Positions 1-10,074 of a DNA stretch of 53,120 bases are shown here, piece after piece. Source of the DNA: a virus (lineage: Duplodnaviria > Caudoviricetes); the IMG/VR virus record IMGVR_UViG_3300037485_001022, positions 1-53,120 of that record. The stretch is one strand, 5' to 3'. The notes beneath the pieces are model-generated. The model did no database searches, was not told where the DNA came from, and worked only from the letters and a program-made list of their open reading frames with translations. A program made the position numbers and the translations under genes. Numbering within the stretch: the first letter of the stretch is position 1; every line of letters begins with the position of its first letter.

Positions 1-479
1 TGGTTTAGCAGGTTGGTTACTGAGTGAAAGGGTGAGGTAGTTATGAATGATGTGACTTTCTTTTATCTGAAGGATGGAAAATTGGTAAGGCAGATAAGCA
101 AGGATGGGGTACAGGCTGAATTAGGGACTTGGAATAGGAGCCATGCTCATTATTTTGCATCTCCTTTCCCTTTCCGCTGTATGGGGCATACTGATTTATG
201 GGTGATTACTTCGAATGATTCAATAATAGTGGAGTCGTAGTATGAAGTATTTACTGCAGGTCAAAGGTTCTAATGGGGTATGGTTAACTGCCGTTGAACG
301 GGGTAGTTACGGTGAGTGCTGTAACTGGTGGGAGGTATACCAGACTGACTATGTAGGGTATGCTGTCCGCATTGTTGGTGTTGTGGTTATTAGTGAATTG
401 TTCCAATAGGTGGGATGCTCCCTGAAAAGTGGTAGGTGTCCCCTGAAAATGCAGGATAGCCCCTGTGAAAGGATGGTTT

Positions 480-680
480 ATGGATAAGCAGAAACAGTTG
501 GATGAGATACGGCGTGCCCTGATAACTGCTGGATTGAATTGGGAACATGCTGCGGTGGCTGTTGGTTTCATGGCTGACTATGCCATGACTGCCTATAAGG
601 AGGGCTATACTTCCGGTTTCAGTGATGGTGATGCGTGGGGAAGCAGGAAAGCCCCTGTGAAAAGGGGGGGAGTGAGGTAA
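480..680 (+). CDS. hypothetical phage protein
   Basis: ORF in the dominant + orientation; ATG at 480 follows a purine-rich AAAGGA. Confidence 0.6.
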   Translation: MDKQKQLDEIRRALITAGLNWEHAAVAVGFMADYAMTAYKEGYTSGFSDGDAWGSRKAPVKRGGVR

Positions 681-928
681 GTATGAAACGTGGAAAAGAC
701 AGTGACGGTGTGGTTTGGGAAGAGTGTACCCTTGAACAATGGGATAACTGTTCCGACTCTCAGCGGGGGTTTATCAATTTTGGGGATGGTTTTGTCCCTG
801 CGCGTAAAGTGAAGGAGTAGGTTATGAATAAACTGACTGGTATCTGTTATCTGATTGGTGGTTTCTGTAAGTGGGTATTCAGTGGAATGCCCCTGATTGA
901 CGATGATGAGCACTTGAAAGGGTGAGTT

Positions 929-1213
929 ATGAAAACGTGGACTGCATCCGATATTAGCAAGGGTGAATCCCTGCTCCCTATTGAGTTTCAGGATAACCTT
1001 GGGGAATGGCATTACTTTGAACTCATAGTAACCCCTGAACGGGTGGTCTTTGGTGGTTGCTGCAATGTCGGTTTCATTGAGTCAGGGTATATCATCCGGG
1101 AAGAGGACGAGACCTTAGATGAAACCCTGCAGGAATTGGTAGAGGACCTGGAAGTCTGCTACAATCAGGGTAAAGGTTGGTGTTGTCGAATTGTCTGCAA
1201 TGAAAGGATGTAA
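929..1213 (+). CDS. hypothetical acidic phage protein
   Basis: 94-aa ORF; GGTGAG-TT-ATG start context. Confidence 0.7.
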   Translation: MKTWTASDISKGESLLPIEFQDNLGEWHYFELIVTPERVVFGGCCNVGFIESGYIIREEDETLDETLQELVEDLEVCYNQGKGWCCRIVCNERM

Positions 1214-1217
1214 AGTT

Positions 1218-1523
1218 ATGATTTACACGCCGTTTACTGAAACTGTGTTTAGTCCGTGGAAACCGTGGCCTAATATCCCTGTTCAGCATTATCACCCTAA
1301 TAACACTGTATGGGATGATGGTGAGTATGGTATAAGCGAGTTACCTGATGGCAGTTACCTGTACTTTAAACGGTGCAATGGTAAATGCTGCGCCTTCACA
1401 AACAGGGTAGGATTTAGTGTTGTGATTATTGATGATGTGAAAGCTATGCTGGCAGGTGGTAAAGCTGCGAATAGCCTGATTGAACGAGCATTTGAAACTA
1501 TACGTAACTGGGAGGAAGGATGA
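1218..1523 (+). CDS. hypothetical protein
   Basis: ORF 1191-1523; ATG at 1218 lies just after the preceding stop. Confidence 0.55.
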   Translation: MIYTPFTETVFSPWKPWPNIPVQHYHPNNTVWDDGEYGISELPDGSYLYFKRCNGKCCAFTNRVGFSVVIIDDVKAMLAGGKAANSLIERAFETIRNWEEG

Positions 1524-1689
1524 ATAATCAACAGAACCGTGTAGGCCGGATGTTTACAGCCACAATCTGGAATAATCGTGATGATTGGACGGTCTGCGAA
1601 TACCTTGGAAATGGGATTTACCTGCTGAGCGGCAGGTGGAACGGATTGAGAACCTGTAGGTGGAGTGAAATCAGTAAGTGAGGTTTGAT

Positions 1690-2484
1690 ATGATTGGTTA
1701 CAAAGCTACAAACGCAGATATGCAGTGCCGTGGGTTTCAGTTTGAACTCGGTAAATGGTATGAGGCTGAAGGTGAATTGAAACTCTGTCACAATGGGTTT
1801 CACTTCTGCGAGCAGCCTTCCGGTGTGTGGGCGCACTATAGTAACACTGGTACTCGTGTGTTCACAGTTGAATGTGAGGATGTGTCCCCTGAAAAGGATG
1901 AAACTGTAGGTGCAACAATTAAGCGTGTCTGTCGTAAGATACGTTTCATTGAAGAGATTAAAATAGGCGGGGACAGGAATACCGGGTACAGTAATACCGG
2001 GGACAGTAATACCGGGGACAGGAATACCGGGGACAGGAATACCGGGGACAGTAATACTGGGAACTGGAATACAGGGTACAGTAATACCGGGTACAGTAAT
2101 ACCGGGTACAGTAATACCGGGGACAGTAATACCGGGAACTGGAATACAGGGTACAGTAATACCGGGGACAGGAATACCGGGAACAGTAATACCGGGGACA
2201 GGAATACCGGGGACAGTAATACCGGGGACAGTAACGCAACCAACAGATCAGCCGGTATGTTCTGCCAAGTAGAGCCAAAAGTTATATCCTTTGATGTAAG
2301 GACTAAACTCACATATGATGAGTTTATGGATAAGTATAGCTCTATTTGTAATTCACTTGCAGAAGCGTTAGCAGGTGATGCCCCTATTGCGTTTGAGCGG
2401 TACACAACTATTCCCGGAATTACAAAAGCCAAACTGACGTCCCTGCATGACAAGTTTATTGCTGCACGAAAGGCTAAAGCATGA
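1690..2484 (+). CDS. phage pentapeptide-repeat protein (N-terminal CRGFQF..LCHNGFHFC domain + NTGxx repeats)
   Basis: 17 NTG(D/Y/N)(S/R/W) units; N-terminal GYKAT..CRGFQFE..GFHFC domain typical of this phage family; GAGGT before ATG 1690. Confidence 0.85.
   Translation: MIGYKATNADMQCRGFQFELGKWYEAEGELKLCHNGFHFCEQPSGVWAHYSNTGTRVFTVECEDVSPEKDETVGATIKRVCRKIRFIEEIKIGGDRNTGYSNTGDSNTGDRNTGDRNTGDSNTGNWNTGYSNTGYSNTGYSNTGDSNTGNWNTGYSNTGDRNTGNSNTGDRNTGDSNTGDSNATNRSAGMFCQVEPKVISFDVRTKLTYDEFMDKYSSICNSLAEALAGDAPIAFERYTTIPGITKAKLTSLHDKFIAARKAKA
1978..2232 (+). repeat. coding 15-bp tandem repeat, 17 copies (AATACCGGG-NAC-AGT/AGG/TGG)
   Basis: Directly visible tandem units. Confidence 0.95.
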
Positions 2485-2611
2485 ACCGCAGTGACATTGG
2501 TGGTTTCAGTGTAAGGCTGTTTGGATACAGCCTTGAGGTTGTTACAGTACATGGGTGGCCCTGTGTACTGGCTTGTAGCAAGTCTAATAAAAACCTGTGG
2601 AGGATTGAGGC

Positions 2612-2821
2612 ATGAAGTCTATAAAAGAATGGTTTGAGGGTGTGCAGAATGATGAAATGCGTAAGAGGCTGCTTGAACTTATGCAACAGGACACTTGGGG
2701 TGATCTTAATGTGACTAGACTTACTACAGCTATCTGTAATGGATTTAACTGGGGTAGGTCAAAAGAGGGATTCGATTACTGGGACAATATGGTTTCCGTA
2801 TTGGAGGAGTTTGGGCTATGA
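2612..2821 (+). CDS. paralogue family A member (FxWxx[ST]xEGxxYW)
   Basis: GFNWGRSKEGFDYW; shared with 15410, 15853, 27215, 27591. Confidence 0.75.
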   Translation: MKSIKEWFEGVQNDEMRKRLLELMQQDTWGDLNVTRLTTAICNGFNWGRSKEGFDYWDNMVSVLEEFGL

Positions 2822-3095
2822 GACGTACACTAATCAAAAAGATTCATGGGGAGTACAGGGTGCGCCTGTACATTGATGGGGTAGGAATGCCAGATCAGGA
2901 CTACTTTACTGATGATGAACGGGATGCAGAAATTACAGCTTCCCTGATGATGAGAGGTGGGCAGTGAAGTTTGTGGATGAAATTGCACCTATCATGAACA
3001 GTGATAGTGTCTGGTTTGTGGTTGTAGGTATATTGGCAGTAGTCTGTATACTGGCACTAATAGGTTCTTTAGTCTCGTTTTTCACGTGAGGTATT

Positions 3096-3311
3096 ATGTT
3101 TAATGAATATCAATGGAAGCAAGCTGTGTTCAATGCTTACTGTGGTACTGGCAAAGCAGTACGTGATGCAGCTATCTGGTGGACAGGTGAGCAGTTGATT
3201 GTGAGTAGCAGGTATGACACTTACGGGTGGACGTTACTGCATATCGCAAACAAGACGTATAGTGCAGCCCCTAATTACAAAACAGCACTTAAACTGGCGG
3301 GTGTTAAATGA
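3096..3311 (+). CDS. hypothetical protein
   Basis: GAGGT RBS; ATGA overlap with next gene. Confidence 0.65.
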   Translation: MFNEYQWKQAVFNAYCGTGKAVRDAAIWWTGEQLIVSSRYDTYGWTLLHIANKTYSAAPNYKTALKLAGVK

Positions 3312-3514
3312 CGATCAAGGTAAGCGAGGACGGCAATACCGTTTGCTGCGGCAGAAACGGGCCAAGGTTAGCGTTTCAGGCGGGTGGGGTATGTGGTGAC
3401 TGCGTGGCAAACAAGAGGCATCGTCTATGCCGTAAATTGCCCTGTGTAACCATAAAGAGTAAAACTAACGGTGTCTACAGTTACAGGAACGGCAATTATC
3501 AGGAGGTAAAATGA
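3308..3514 (+). CDS. small Cys-rich protein, similar to 14906-15100
   Basis: CGDCVAN...LC...C...EVK. Confidence 0.65.
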   Translation: MTIKVSEDGNTVCCGRNGPRLAFQAGGVCGDCVANKRHRLCRKLPCVTIKSKTNGVYSYRNGNYQEVK

Positions 3515-3711
3515 AAACCTATATGGCAGTTGGGAGTTATGGCAATACCCTGCACAATCTACAGTATCCGCGTAGAGACATCCTGCAACGGATGTACAGA
3601 AAACACGCTGAGAAGATTTACAGGGATACGCCTACAGGTAGAGTGCATGTAGGGTACATTGTAGCAGGTGAGTGGTTTACAGTTTATGAGGTTACTGAAT
3701 GGCACGGATAA
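3511..3711 (+). CDS. hypothetical phage protein
   Basis: GGAGGT RBS; 66 aa. Confidence 0.7.
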   Translation: MKTYMAVGSYGNTLHNLQYPRRDILQRMYRKHAEKIYRDTPTGRVHVGYIVAGEWFTVYEVTEWHG

Positions 3712-4028
3712 GAAACAGGTATACAGGTGATGTTACTGAATCTGCTAAACCGCCTGTAACTGCCCTAGCAGAAGCAGCTATGGCTGAGGATGGGGTGGTG
3801 CTGACTGAACGCTGGCTCAGCTACTACAAGTCATTAGTGCTAAAACAGGGTTCAGGTTATAAACTCGGGAACTGGGAGACCGTCAATGAATAGGAAGTTG
3901 AGAAACTGGCTGCTAGAGTATAAAGAGGTAATTGCTGTTATTGTGATTGTAACAGTACCTATCTGGGCAATACCCGCTGCATTTATCATTCTGTACAATG
4001 CTGTAGTAGAAGAAGTGGAGCGTAGACT

Positions 4029-4949
4029 GTGAAAACTAAAGAGATTTATGAGACTATAGGATGTGGGGAGTTCGACACTCTCCGCAGACGTGTAACCAAT
4101 ACCTCAAGTGATACTGTAAACATCACCGCTGAGGAACTGGAAAAAGGTGTAAGCCTTGAGAAACTAGAAACAGTCAACACACCGGTTTACAGATATCAGA
4201 CACAGATTACTATTCACGGTATTGTGCCTGACTTTAACCCGCACAGTAGACCGGGTGGGTATAAATCACTGATAGCCAATAAGAACGGCACGTTAGGAGT
4301 ACGATATTCAGCTATTGACGCTGAAAAGAAACGGCTGATTGCTAAGGTACTGCGTGAAAGTAAGGATTTCTTTGTACAGCAATCCTCTACCGAGTTTGTT
4401 ATACTGAAAACCTTTAGTGAAAAGGCTGATGCGCTTGCTGCTATCAACAAGCTCCGTACCCTGCAGCCCCTGTTTTATGGTGAGATTACCGCAGGTTGCA
4501 TGATGTATGGTGGCTACTTTGTTGGGATTGAGTTGTTTGCTGTCAGGCAGGAGAACATCTGGCCTTTACTTGCTGAACTTGGTGCGCCTGCTACACAAGC
4601 GGAGTATGACAAGGTGCTGGAAGAGAAACGGCTGGCTGAGCAAGCACAAGAGCAGGCTAGACAAGCAGAACATGATGAAAGAATGAAGGTGCAGACAGCT
4701 ACCCATGAGCAAGACAAACTGAATTATAGTAATACGCACAAACGTGTTACTGAACTCACATACCCTCTGAACTGCCTCCGCTTGAGTTTAACTACTGTGT
4801 ATGGTGCTAGAGTCCGGCACTATAAACTTATCCAAAAAGGAGGACGTACCTATAACACTGAATCAGGTGAACCTGTGCTAGTTAAACCGTGTGTGCTTGC
4901 CGTATTTACAGATGCGATTGAGAAAGGATTGCTGTTTTATGAAAACTGA
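4029..4949 (+). CDS. hypothetical protein with central coiled coil
   Basis: 306-aa ORF, GTG start, GGAG upstream. Confidence 0.75.
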   Translation: MKTKEIYETIGCGEFDTLRRRVTNTSSDTVNITAEELEKGVSLEKLETVNTPVYRYQTQITIHGIVPDFNPHSRPGGYKSLIANKNGTLGVRYSAIDAEKKRLIAKVLRESKDFFVQQSSTEFVILKTFSEKADALAAINKLRTLQPLFYGEITAGCMMYGGYFVGIELFAVRQENIWPLLAELGAPATQAEYDKVLEEKRLAEQAQEQARQAEHDERMKVQTATHEQDKLNYSNTHKRVTELTYPLNCLRLSLTTVYGARVRHYKLIQKGGRTYNTESGEPVLVKPCVLAVFTDAIEKGLLFYEN

Positions 4950-5122
4950 ATACGTCTTGCGGTACAAGTGGAACAGGAAATGGAAGGATACAGCATGGAG
5001 TGGCAGGAACAAAATTGAAGCACAAAGAGAACGTGATCTGCTCAATAAGGCAAATGGTGACTTTACAGTCTACCGAGTGGTTAAAACAACGGAAACAGTG
5101 ATTACGTAAACAGGAGAATAGT

Positions 5123-5971
5123 ATGAACGATCTGATGAGTAAATTGGTTGAGGACTGCGTGGTTATGAACGTGAAGCTCAAGAAGTGGGGTGGTAGTAAG
5201 GCTGACAAGGCCAGTTCTACCCTGCTGGCTGAAACGTATAATGGGCAGGAGGCTGGTTTTGGCAATGCCAGCATGAAACTTCTGCCTCCGGAGTTCCGCA
5301 AGCGGCTGCAGACCGCTGGTGTTAAGGTTGGGGCTGCACTCAAGGAAGTTGGGATTCCCTATAACGGTGGGTATCTCATTCGTGCGTCGGAATATCAGGC
5401 AGTTAAAGGCAAAACTGACAAGGAAATCGAAGCAGTTATGCTGGTGGTGGACGAGATTGTCCAGCACCGCATTAACATTGAGTCATGGGCAAAGTCGAAT
5501 CTGGGAGACAAGTATACAGATGGGATGATTCCCTCTGATGCTGACATTCGGGCTTCATTTAAGCCTGTGGTTAATGTAGTCAGCCTTGGTGCACCGCCTA
5601 TGTCTATGAGTAGTAGTGACCGTGCTGAAATTCAGCAGCAGCTTGAAACCGAGTACAAGGATGGTATTAATGCTGCACTTGATACGGTGAAGGAGATGCT
5701 TGCAGAAACCAAGTCTATCATTGATGCAGTGAACAACGGCGATAAAAAGGTTATGCGTGCAGAACGCTGGCAGCATATCAAGAAGGAACTGGCGCGTATT
5801 AAGTCTATGAATCTGAGCATGGAAGGGTTTAATGCTGCCGCTGATAGTGTGGAGGTTATTATCAACGGGATTGAGAAGTATAAGAGCAGCGATATGAAGG
5901 ATTCCCCTTCCGTCGCAGCTATCGTGAACCAGAGTGTTTCTGCTGCCGAGTCTGTCTTGGCGCAGTTCTAA
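5123..5971 (+). CDS. DUF3150-like protein
   Basis: KLLPPE..GIPYNGGYLI pattern, helical; lies upstream of AAA+ and VWA genes as DUF3150 usually does. Confidence 0.55.
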   Translation: MNDLMSKLVEDCVVMNVKLKKWGGSKADKASSTLLAETYNGQEAGFGNASMKLLPPEFRKRLQTAGVKVGAALKEVGIPYNGGYLIRASEYQAVKGKTDKEIEAVMLVVDEIVQHRINIESWAKSNLGDKYTDGMIPSDADIRASFKPVVNVVSLGAPPMSMSSSDRAEIQQQLETEYKDGINAALDTVKEMLAETKSIIDAVNNGDKKVMRAERWQHIKKELARIKSMNLSMEGFNAAADSVEVIINGIEKYKSSDMKDSPSVAAIVNQSVSAAESVLAQF

Positions 5972-5982
5972 AGGAGGTAGTT

Positions 5983-6483
5983 ATGTTTGACCTGAATCAA
6001 TGTAAACCTGACGATCAGTTAGTAAACCGTGAGGGTACTGTATGTACCTATGTAGGAAGGGATATTGAACATCAAACTACTGTGACCTATCCACACGCAG
6101 TAACCTATCCACACGCAGTAAGTGATAGAGCAGGCACCTTTTGTTTCACGGACAATGGCCGATTTATGCACAATGAGCATGAGAATAAATGGGACATTGT
6201 AGGATTCTATAAGAAGGAACCTGCAAAGCGTGTGCGCAAGCCTAAACCAGTAAACAAACTGCTTGGGCTATGTGAATATGTACAAGAGCAGATAGACGTA
6301 GAAATGTATCACACAGCCGGTTACCTCTATGGTAATTTTTATCTGGATGGAAAGCGGTTTATCTACGGCTATACCTTTAAAACAGCACCTTATGCTGCTA
6401 GTATAGGACTTGTAAACAGTACCCGGCAGATTGTTCACACGCTCAACAACTTCAAAGGCGCAGTAACTAAACTGCGCAAGTAG
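5983..6483 (+). CDS. paralogue family B member (MFDxxxCKxGDxL..[WF]DIVG)
   Basis: N-terminus shared with 7606 and 9593; AAGGAGGT RBS. Confidence 0.75.
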   Translation: MFDLNQCKPDDQLVNREGTVCTYVGRDIEHQTTVTYPHAVTYPHAVSDRAGTFCFTDNGRFMHNEHENKWDIVGFYKKEPAKRVRKPKPVNKLLGLCEYVQEQIDVEMYHTAGYLYGNFYLDGKRFIYGYTFKTAPYAASIGLVNSTRQIVHTLNNFKGAVTKLRK

Positions 6484-6505
6484 CATAACTCCACTAGGAG
6501 AACAC

Positions 6506-7603
6506 ATGAACATTCAGTTTCTATCACCGGAACAGTCGCAGCGTGCGCTTGTTCTGAACTGGACGGCAACACTGATTGCTAAGTCCATGAACCTCACCCT
6601 GCGTATCCCTACTGCATTGGTAGGTGATACGGGGTGTGGCAAGACAGATGCAGTACGCGCCTTCTATAAGGACTTGTCAGGTAAGGCCAAGTCTTTAAAC
6701 AAAGTCACTAAGCTGTGGTCTGTGCGTATGTCCCATATCCTGCCGGAGGATTTGGGCGGTTATGCAGCTAAAGATGAGACTACTAAGAAGTTAGTTCATT
6801 ATATGCTGGATTGCCTGCCCTTTGACTGTGAGGATATGGGGGTTATCTTCTTAGACGAGTTTGATAGAGCACCGACTGACAACCAGAACGCCTCTATGCC
6901 GCTTGTCTATGGGGATGATTTTCATGGACACAGTTTAAGTAGTAATGCCTATGTAGTGCTGGCACTTAACGGTTCAGCAGATACCTATACTACTCCGCTT
7001 AGTCAGGCTATCCGTACCCGTGTTTGTAGTCTGTTTGTATCCCGCAATTCAGGTGATGGATATGCGTCATACGAGAAGTGGGCTACTGCTAACGGTATTC
7101 CTGAAGTGGTTAAGATGTTTCACCGTGTCAGTGGAAACCTGATTGCTAGTACCAATGAGTTTACGGAGTTGGCTGTCTGCACGCCCCGTACATTGGACAT
7201 GGCAGGAATGATTACACTGGCGCGTGATCAGATTAATAAGAAGGGAACGCTAGAAATCAATGATGTATACCCTGCCTGCATTGCTGGTGTGATTGGTGCA
7301 CAGGCAGCAGCGCAGTACATTGTCAATGAGCAGATGCTCAAAGACACAAACCCTGAAGATGTAGTTGCACACCCCGATACAGCTAAGATTCCTAGTTACA
7401 CTATTATCAACTATCTTGTGCAGGCGGTTTGTAACATCCTGCAGAATGATGCTGATAGGAATAATAAGGCAATCGGAGTACTGCGGTACATTAAACGGAT
7501 TGAGAATCAGGAATGGGCTAGAATGTTTATGGATAGGATTGGTGATACAGTTCCGTCTATCGTTACTAACCCTGAATTTCAACGGCATATTGCAAGGAGA
7601 TAG
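6506..7603 (+). CDS. MoxR-like AAA+ ATPase
   Basis: Walker A GDTGCGKT, Walker B FLDEFD, sensor TPRT. Confidence 0.85.
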   Translation: MNIQFLSPEQSQRALVLNWTATLIAKSMNLTLRIPTALVGDTGCGKTDAVRAFYKDLSGKAKSLNKVTKLWSVRMSHILPEDLGGYAAKDETTKKLVHYMLDCLPFDCEDMGVIFLDEFDRAPTDNQNASMPLVYGDDFHGHSLSSNAYVVLALNGSADTYTTPLSQAIRTRVCSLFVSRNSGDGYASYEKWATANGIPEVVKMFHRVSGNLIASTNEFTELAVCTPRTLDMAGMITLARDQINKKGTLEINDVYPACIAGVIGAQAAAQYIVNEQMLKDTNPEDVVAHPDTAKIPSYTIINYLVQAVCNILQNDADRNNKAIGVLRYIKRIENQEWARMFMDRIGDTVPSIVTNPEFQRHIARR

Positions 7604-7605
7604 TT

Positions 7606-7971
7606 ATGTTTGACATGAGACAATGTAAGGCTGGCGATAAACTGCTTAGCCGTGATGGGAAAGTATATCTGTTTCAAGGGAAAAGTACTGATCCTGATTA
7701 CCAATATTATGTTATTATACCTAACGTATGGGTGCATACAAGCCGCACAGAACAGGGTAGGTTCTATGTAGGAAAAGAAATGAGTGAGTTTGACATTGTG
7801 GGATTTGCAGAAAAACAATGGAAAGAACTAGTATTGCATATACCCCCGCCCATTAGAGGTGTGTGCAATCTGCTTTGCCCACTAGTTGCACATAAGAACG
7901 AGACCGCATACTGTAAGTTCAGTACAGATTGTATTCGTCCCGGCCCTAGTTGCCCACAGTATCAGGGATAA
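7606..7971 (+). CDS. paralogue family B member with Cys-rich C-terminus
   Basis: MFDMRQCKAGDKLLSRDG..FDIVGF; C-terminal CNLLC..C..C..C. Confidence 0.75.
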   Translation: MFDMRQCKAGDKLLSRDGKVYLFQGKSTDPDYQYYVIIPNVWVHTSRTEQGRFYVGKEMSEFDIVGFAEKQWKELVLHIPPPIRGVCNLLCPLVAHKNETAYCKFSTDCIRPGPSCPQYQG

Positions 7972-7973
7972 GT

Positions 7974-9107
7974 ATGAAACAAGGTTATCAAAGACTGTGC
8001 CAAGCTATTGATAATATCCGTAAGACCCGCCCTGTTTATGCAACTGCGTTGTTTAACATGGAGCGGGTTGAGGATAATAAGGTACATACAATGGCAACAG
8101 ACGGTGTTAAACTGTTCTACTGCGATAAGTTCTGTATTGATACAGGATTAGCAGACCTACAGTTTATTGTAATGCACGAAGTCCTGCATAAGTGGATGCT
8201 GCATTGCAAGCGTATTAAGGAACTGTCTAAGCATGGTGAGACACAGCAGAAACGCGCTAACGTAGCTGCTGACCTTGCAGTAAACAGTATCCTGATGGAA
8301 CAGGGGGAAGTCCTTAAAAACAGGAATGGCTGTATACCGGGTGAGGGGGACTACTTTGATTTCCCTCATGGTAAAACAATGGAGTGGTACTATAACAAGT
8401 TAGAAGCAGATAATACTGATGTTTCCGGTGCTGAAACTGACTTGATACCGTCTACCGAAGGTTCAGAAATTGACCAACTGCAAGAAGTGTCAGTATCAAT
8501 AGCATCAGCAGGACAGCAGGTTATTGGTAAACGGTCTACGAATGTTATTAAAGGGCTGCTAGAACAGTTAGTAGCACCACCTACAGTTGATTGGCGTACA
8601 GTACTTAAACAGTATTTAACCGCTAATGTGAGTAAACGGAAGCGGAGTTTCTCACGGGAAAGCAGACGTGATTCAGAATTCATCCTGCCTAGTCACATTA
8701 AGGATAAAGGATTGTGCAGAACAACCATTATACTTGATACGTCGGGTAGTATGACTGAATTGAAGTACAAGGTACTGGCTGAAACGTTCGGTATCATCCG
8801 CTGTTATAGTGGTGCATCCCTGCAAGTTATCATGGCTGATACCGATGTACAGTATGTTAAGGAGGTTAAGAACGAAAGCGATATTGCTGAAATAGAAAAA
8901 GCAGGGTTTGTTGGCGGCGGTGGTACATGTATGCGGACTGCCTTTAGTCGCGCAGTTGCTGATGGTGCGCGGTTGATTGTATGCGTGACTGATATGTGTA
9001 TGTGCTTCCCACCTAGACCTGCTATCCCTGTTGTATGGTGTGATACATACGGCAGTTGTTTGAAACCTGATTATGGTGACGTGATTAAAGTGAAGGAGAA
9101 GGTATGA
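7974..9107 (+). CDS. metallopeptidase-like + VWA domain protein (DUF2201-like)
   Basis: TMATDG, HEVLH (HExxH), MIDAS DTSGS, GGGGT, VTD. Confidence 0.85.
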   Translation: MKQGYQRLCQAIDNIRKTRPVYATALFNMERVEDNKVHTMATDGVKLFYCDKFCIDTGLADLQFIVMHEVLHKWMLHCKRIKELSKHGETQQKRANVAADLAVNSILMEQGEVLKNRNGCIPGEGDYFDFPHGKTMEWYYNKLEADNTDVSGAETDLIPSTEGSEIDQLQEVSVSIASAGQQVIGKRSTNVIKGLLEQLVAPPTVDWRTVLKQYLTANVSKRKRSFSRESRRDSEFILPSHIKDKGLCRTTIILDTSGSMTELKYKVLAETFGIIRCYSGASLQVIMADTDVQYVKEVKNESDIAEIEKAGFVGGGGTCMRTAFSRAVADGARLIVCVTDMCMCFPPRPAIPVVWCDTYGSCLKPDYGDVIKVKEKV

Positions 9108-9364
9108 GAAAGATCAGTAGTAACCAAAATACTATTTCTGAAGTAAGCAACAGTTACAAGTGAGGCATTATGAAAAATCCACAGTTAATAAAGTTCAGTG
9201 AGCATACTGGACTATCGTTCTCCGAATTGGGCAGGATAGGTGCCTATAAACGGAAGCTGAAAAAGGCACAACAAATGCCTAAACCTGAACCACGCTGGCC
9301 TAAATGCCAATGTGGTACGTTTCTAGCAATGGGCTGTTGCCCTAATTGCAGTTAAGGAGTAGTT

Positions 9365-9571
9365 ATGAAACTGACACGAAATATGATGGAAATGCTGCGA
9401 CAACGATATGCACTTGCTGCAGATGATTCTAGTATGGACGTAGAAATCCTGAAAATGAGTCCAGTTGATATTGTGCGTGATTGTACAGCATGGAAAATTG
9501 GCGACCCTAGTTGGGCAAACGAGATAGCTGCATGGATGGTTCATGCGGGCGCAAAACCACAAGACTTCTAA
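9365..9571 (+). CDS. hypothetical protein
   Basis: AAGGAG RBS, 68 aa. Confidence 0.65.
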   Translation: MKLTRNMMEMLRQRYALAADDSSMDVEILKMSPVDIVRDCTAWKIGDPSWANEIAAWMVHAGAKPQDF

Positions 9572-9592
9572 CTATTACATTATGGAGTAATT

Positions 9593-10072
9593 ATGTTTGA
9601 CATGAGTAAGTGTAAGATTGGGGATAAACTGATAACTCGCGGGGGTACGGGTGCTGTATTTAAAGGGGTTTCTAAATATTGGAGTGAGAAATATCCGTAT
9701 GCAGTACAATTTAATGGGGATGCTTCAATTTACAGTTGTGGGGCAACTGGTATATTTTGGGAAGCAGATATGCTAAGCCAATGGGACATCGTAGGTGCTG
9801 CTGTTGCAGATATTATTAAGTTTAAGCGTGTACGTAAGCCGAAACCTATAGACGATGGCACTAGAATAGCAGCACCCCCTTCTGCATTTGATACGGCACT
9901 CGAACGTGCTATGATGATTTATGTCATTCATAATAGTAAGACTACTACACCCGCCTATATTTGGGTAGCCTATATTAAAGACTGTATTCAGACATTTAAT
10001 AAGGCGATGAAAAGCAGGGATACCTACAAAGGGTTAGACTCTAAACTAATGCGTACAGCGCGGAGGACATAG
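9593..10072 (+). CDS. paralogue family B member
   Basis: MFDMSKCKIGDKLITRGG..WDIVG..KRVRKPKP. Confidence 0.75.
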   Translation: MFDMSKCKIGDKLITRGGTGAVFKGVSKYWSEKYPYAVQFNGDASIYSCGATGIFWEADMLSQWDIVGAAVADIIKFKRVRKPKPIDDGTRIAAPPSAFDTALERAMMIYVIHNSKTTTPAYIWVAYIKDCIQTFNKAMKSRDTYKGLDSKLMRTARRT

Positions 10073-10074
10073 TT

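Noticed and set aside
1978-2232. Possible CRISPR array or DGR target
   Set aside because: Units are contiguous with no spacers; no reverse transcriptase or template repeat in the window
1836-2552. Long - strand ORFs (238 aa and 106 aa) with SPVLL and YYCPR repeats
   Set aside because: Shadow frames of the 15-bp repeat; the + strand gene has the RBS and a recognisable domain
6085-6120. 18-bp in-frame tandem duplication (TYPHAV x2)
   Set aside because: Simple local duplication with no sign of function
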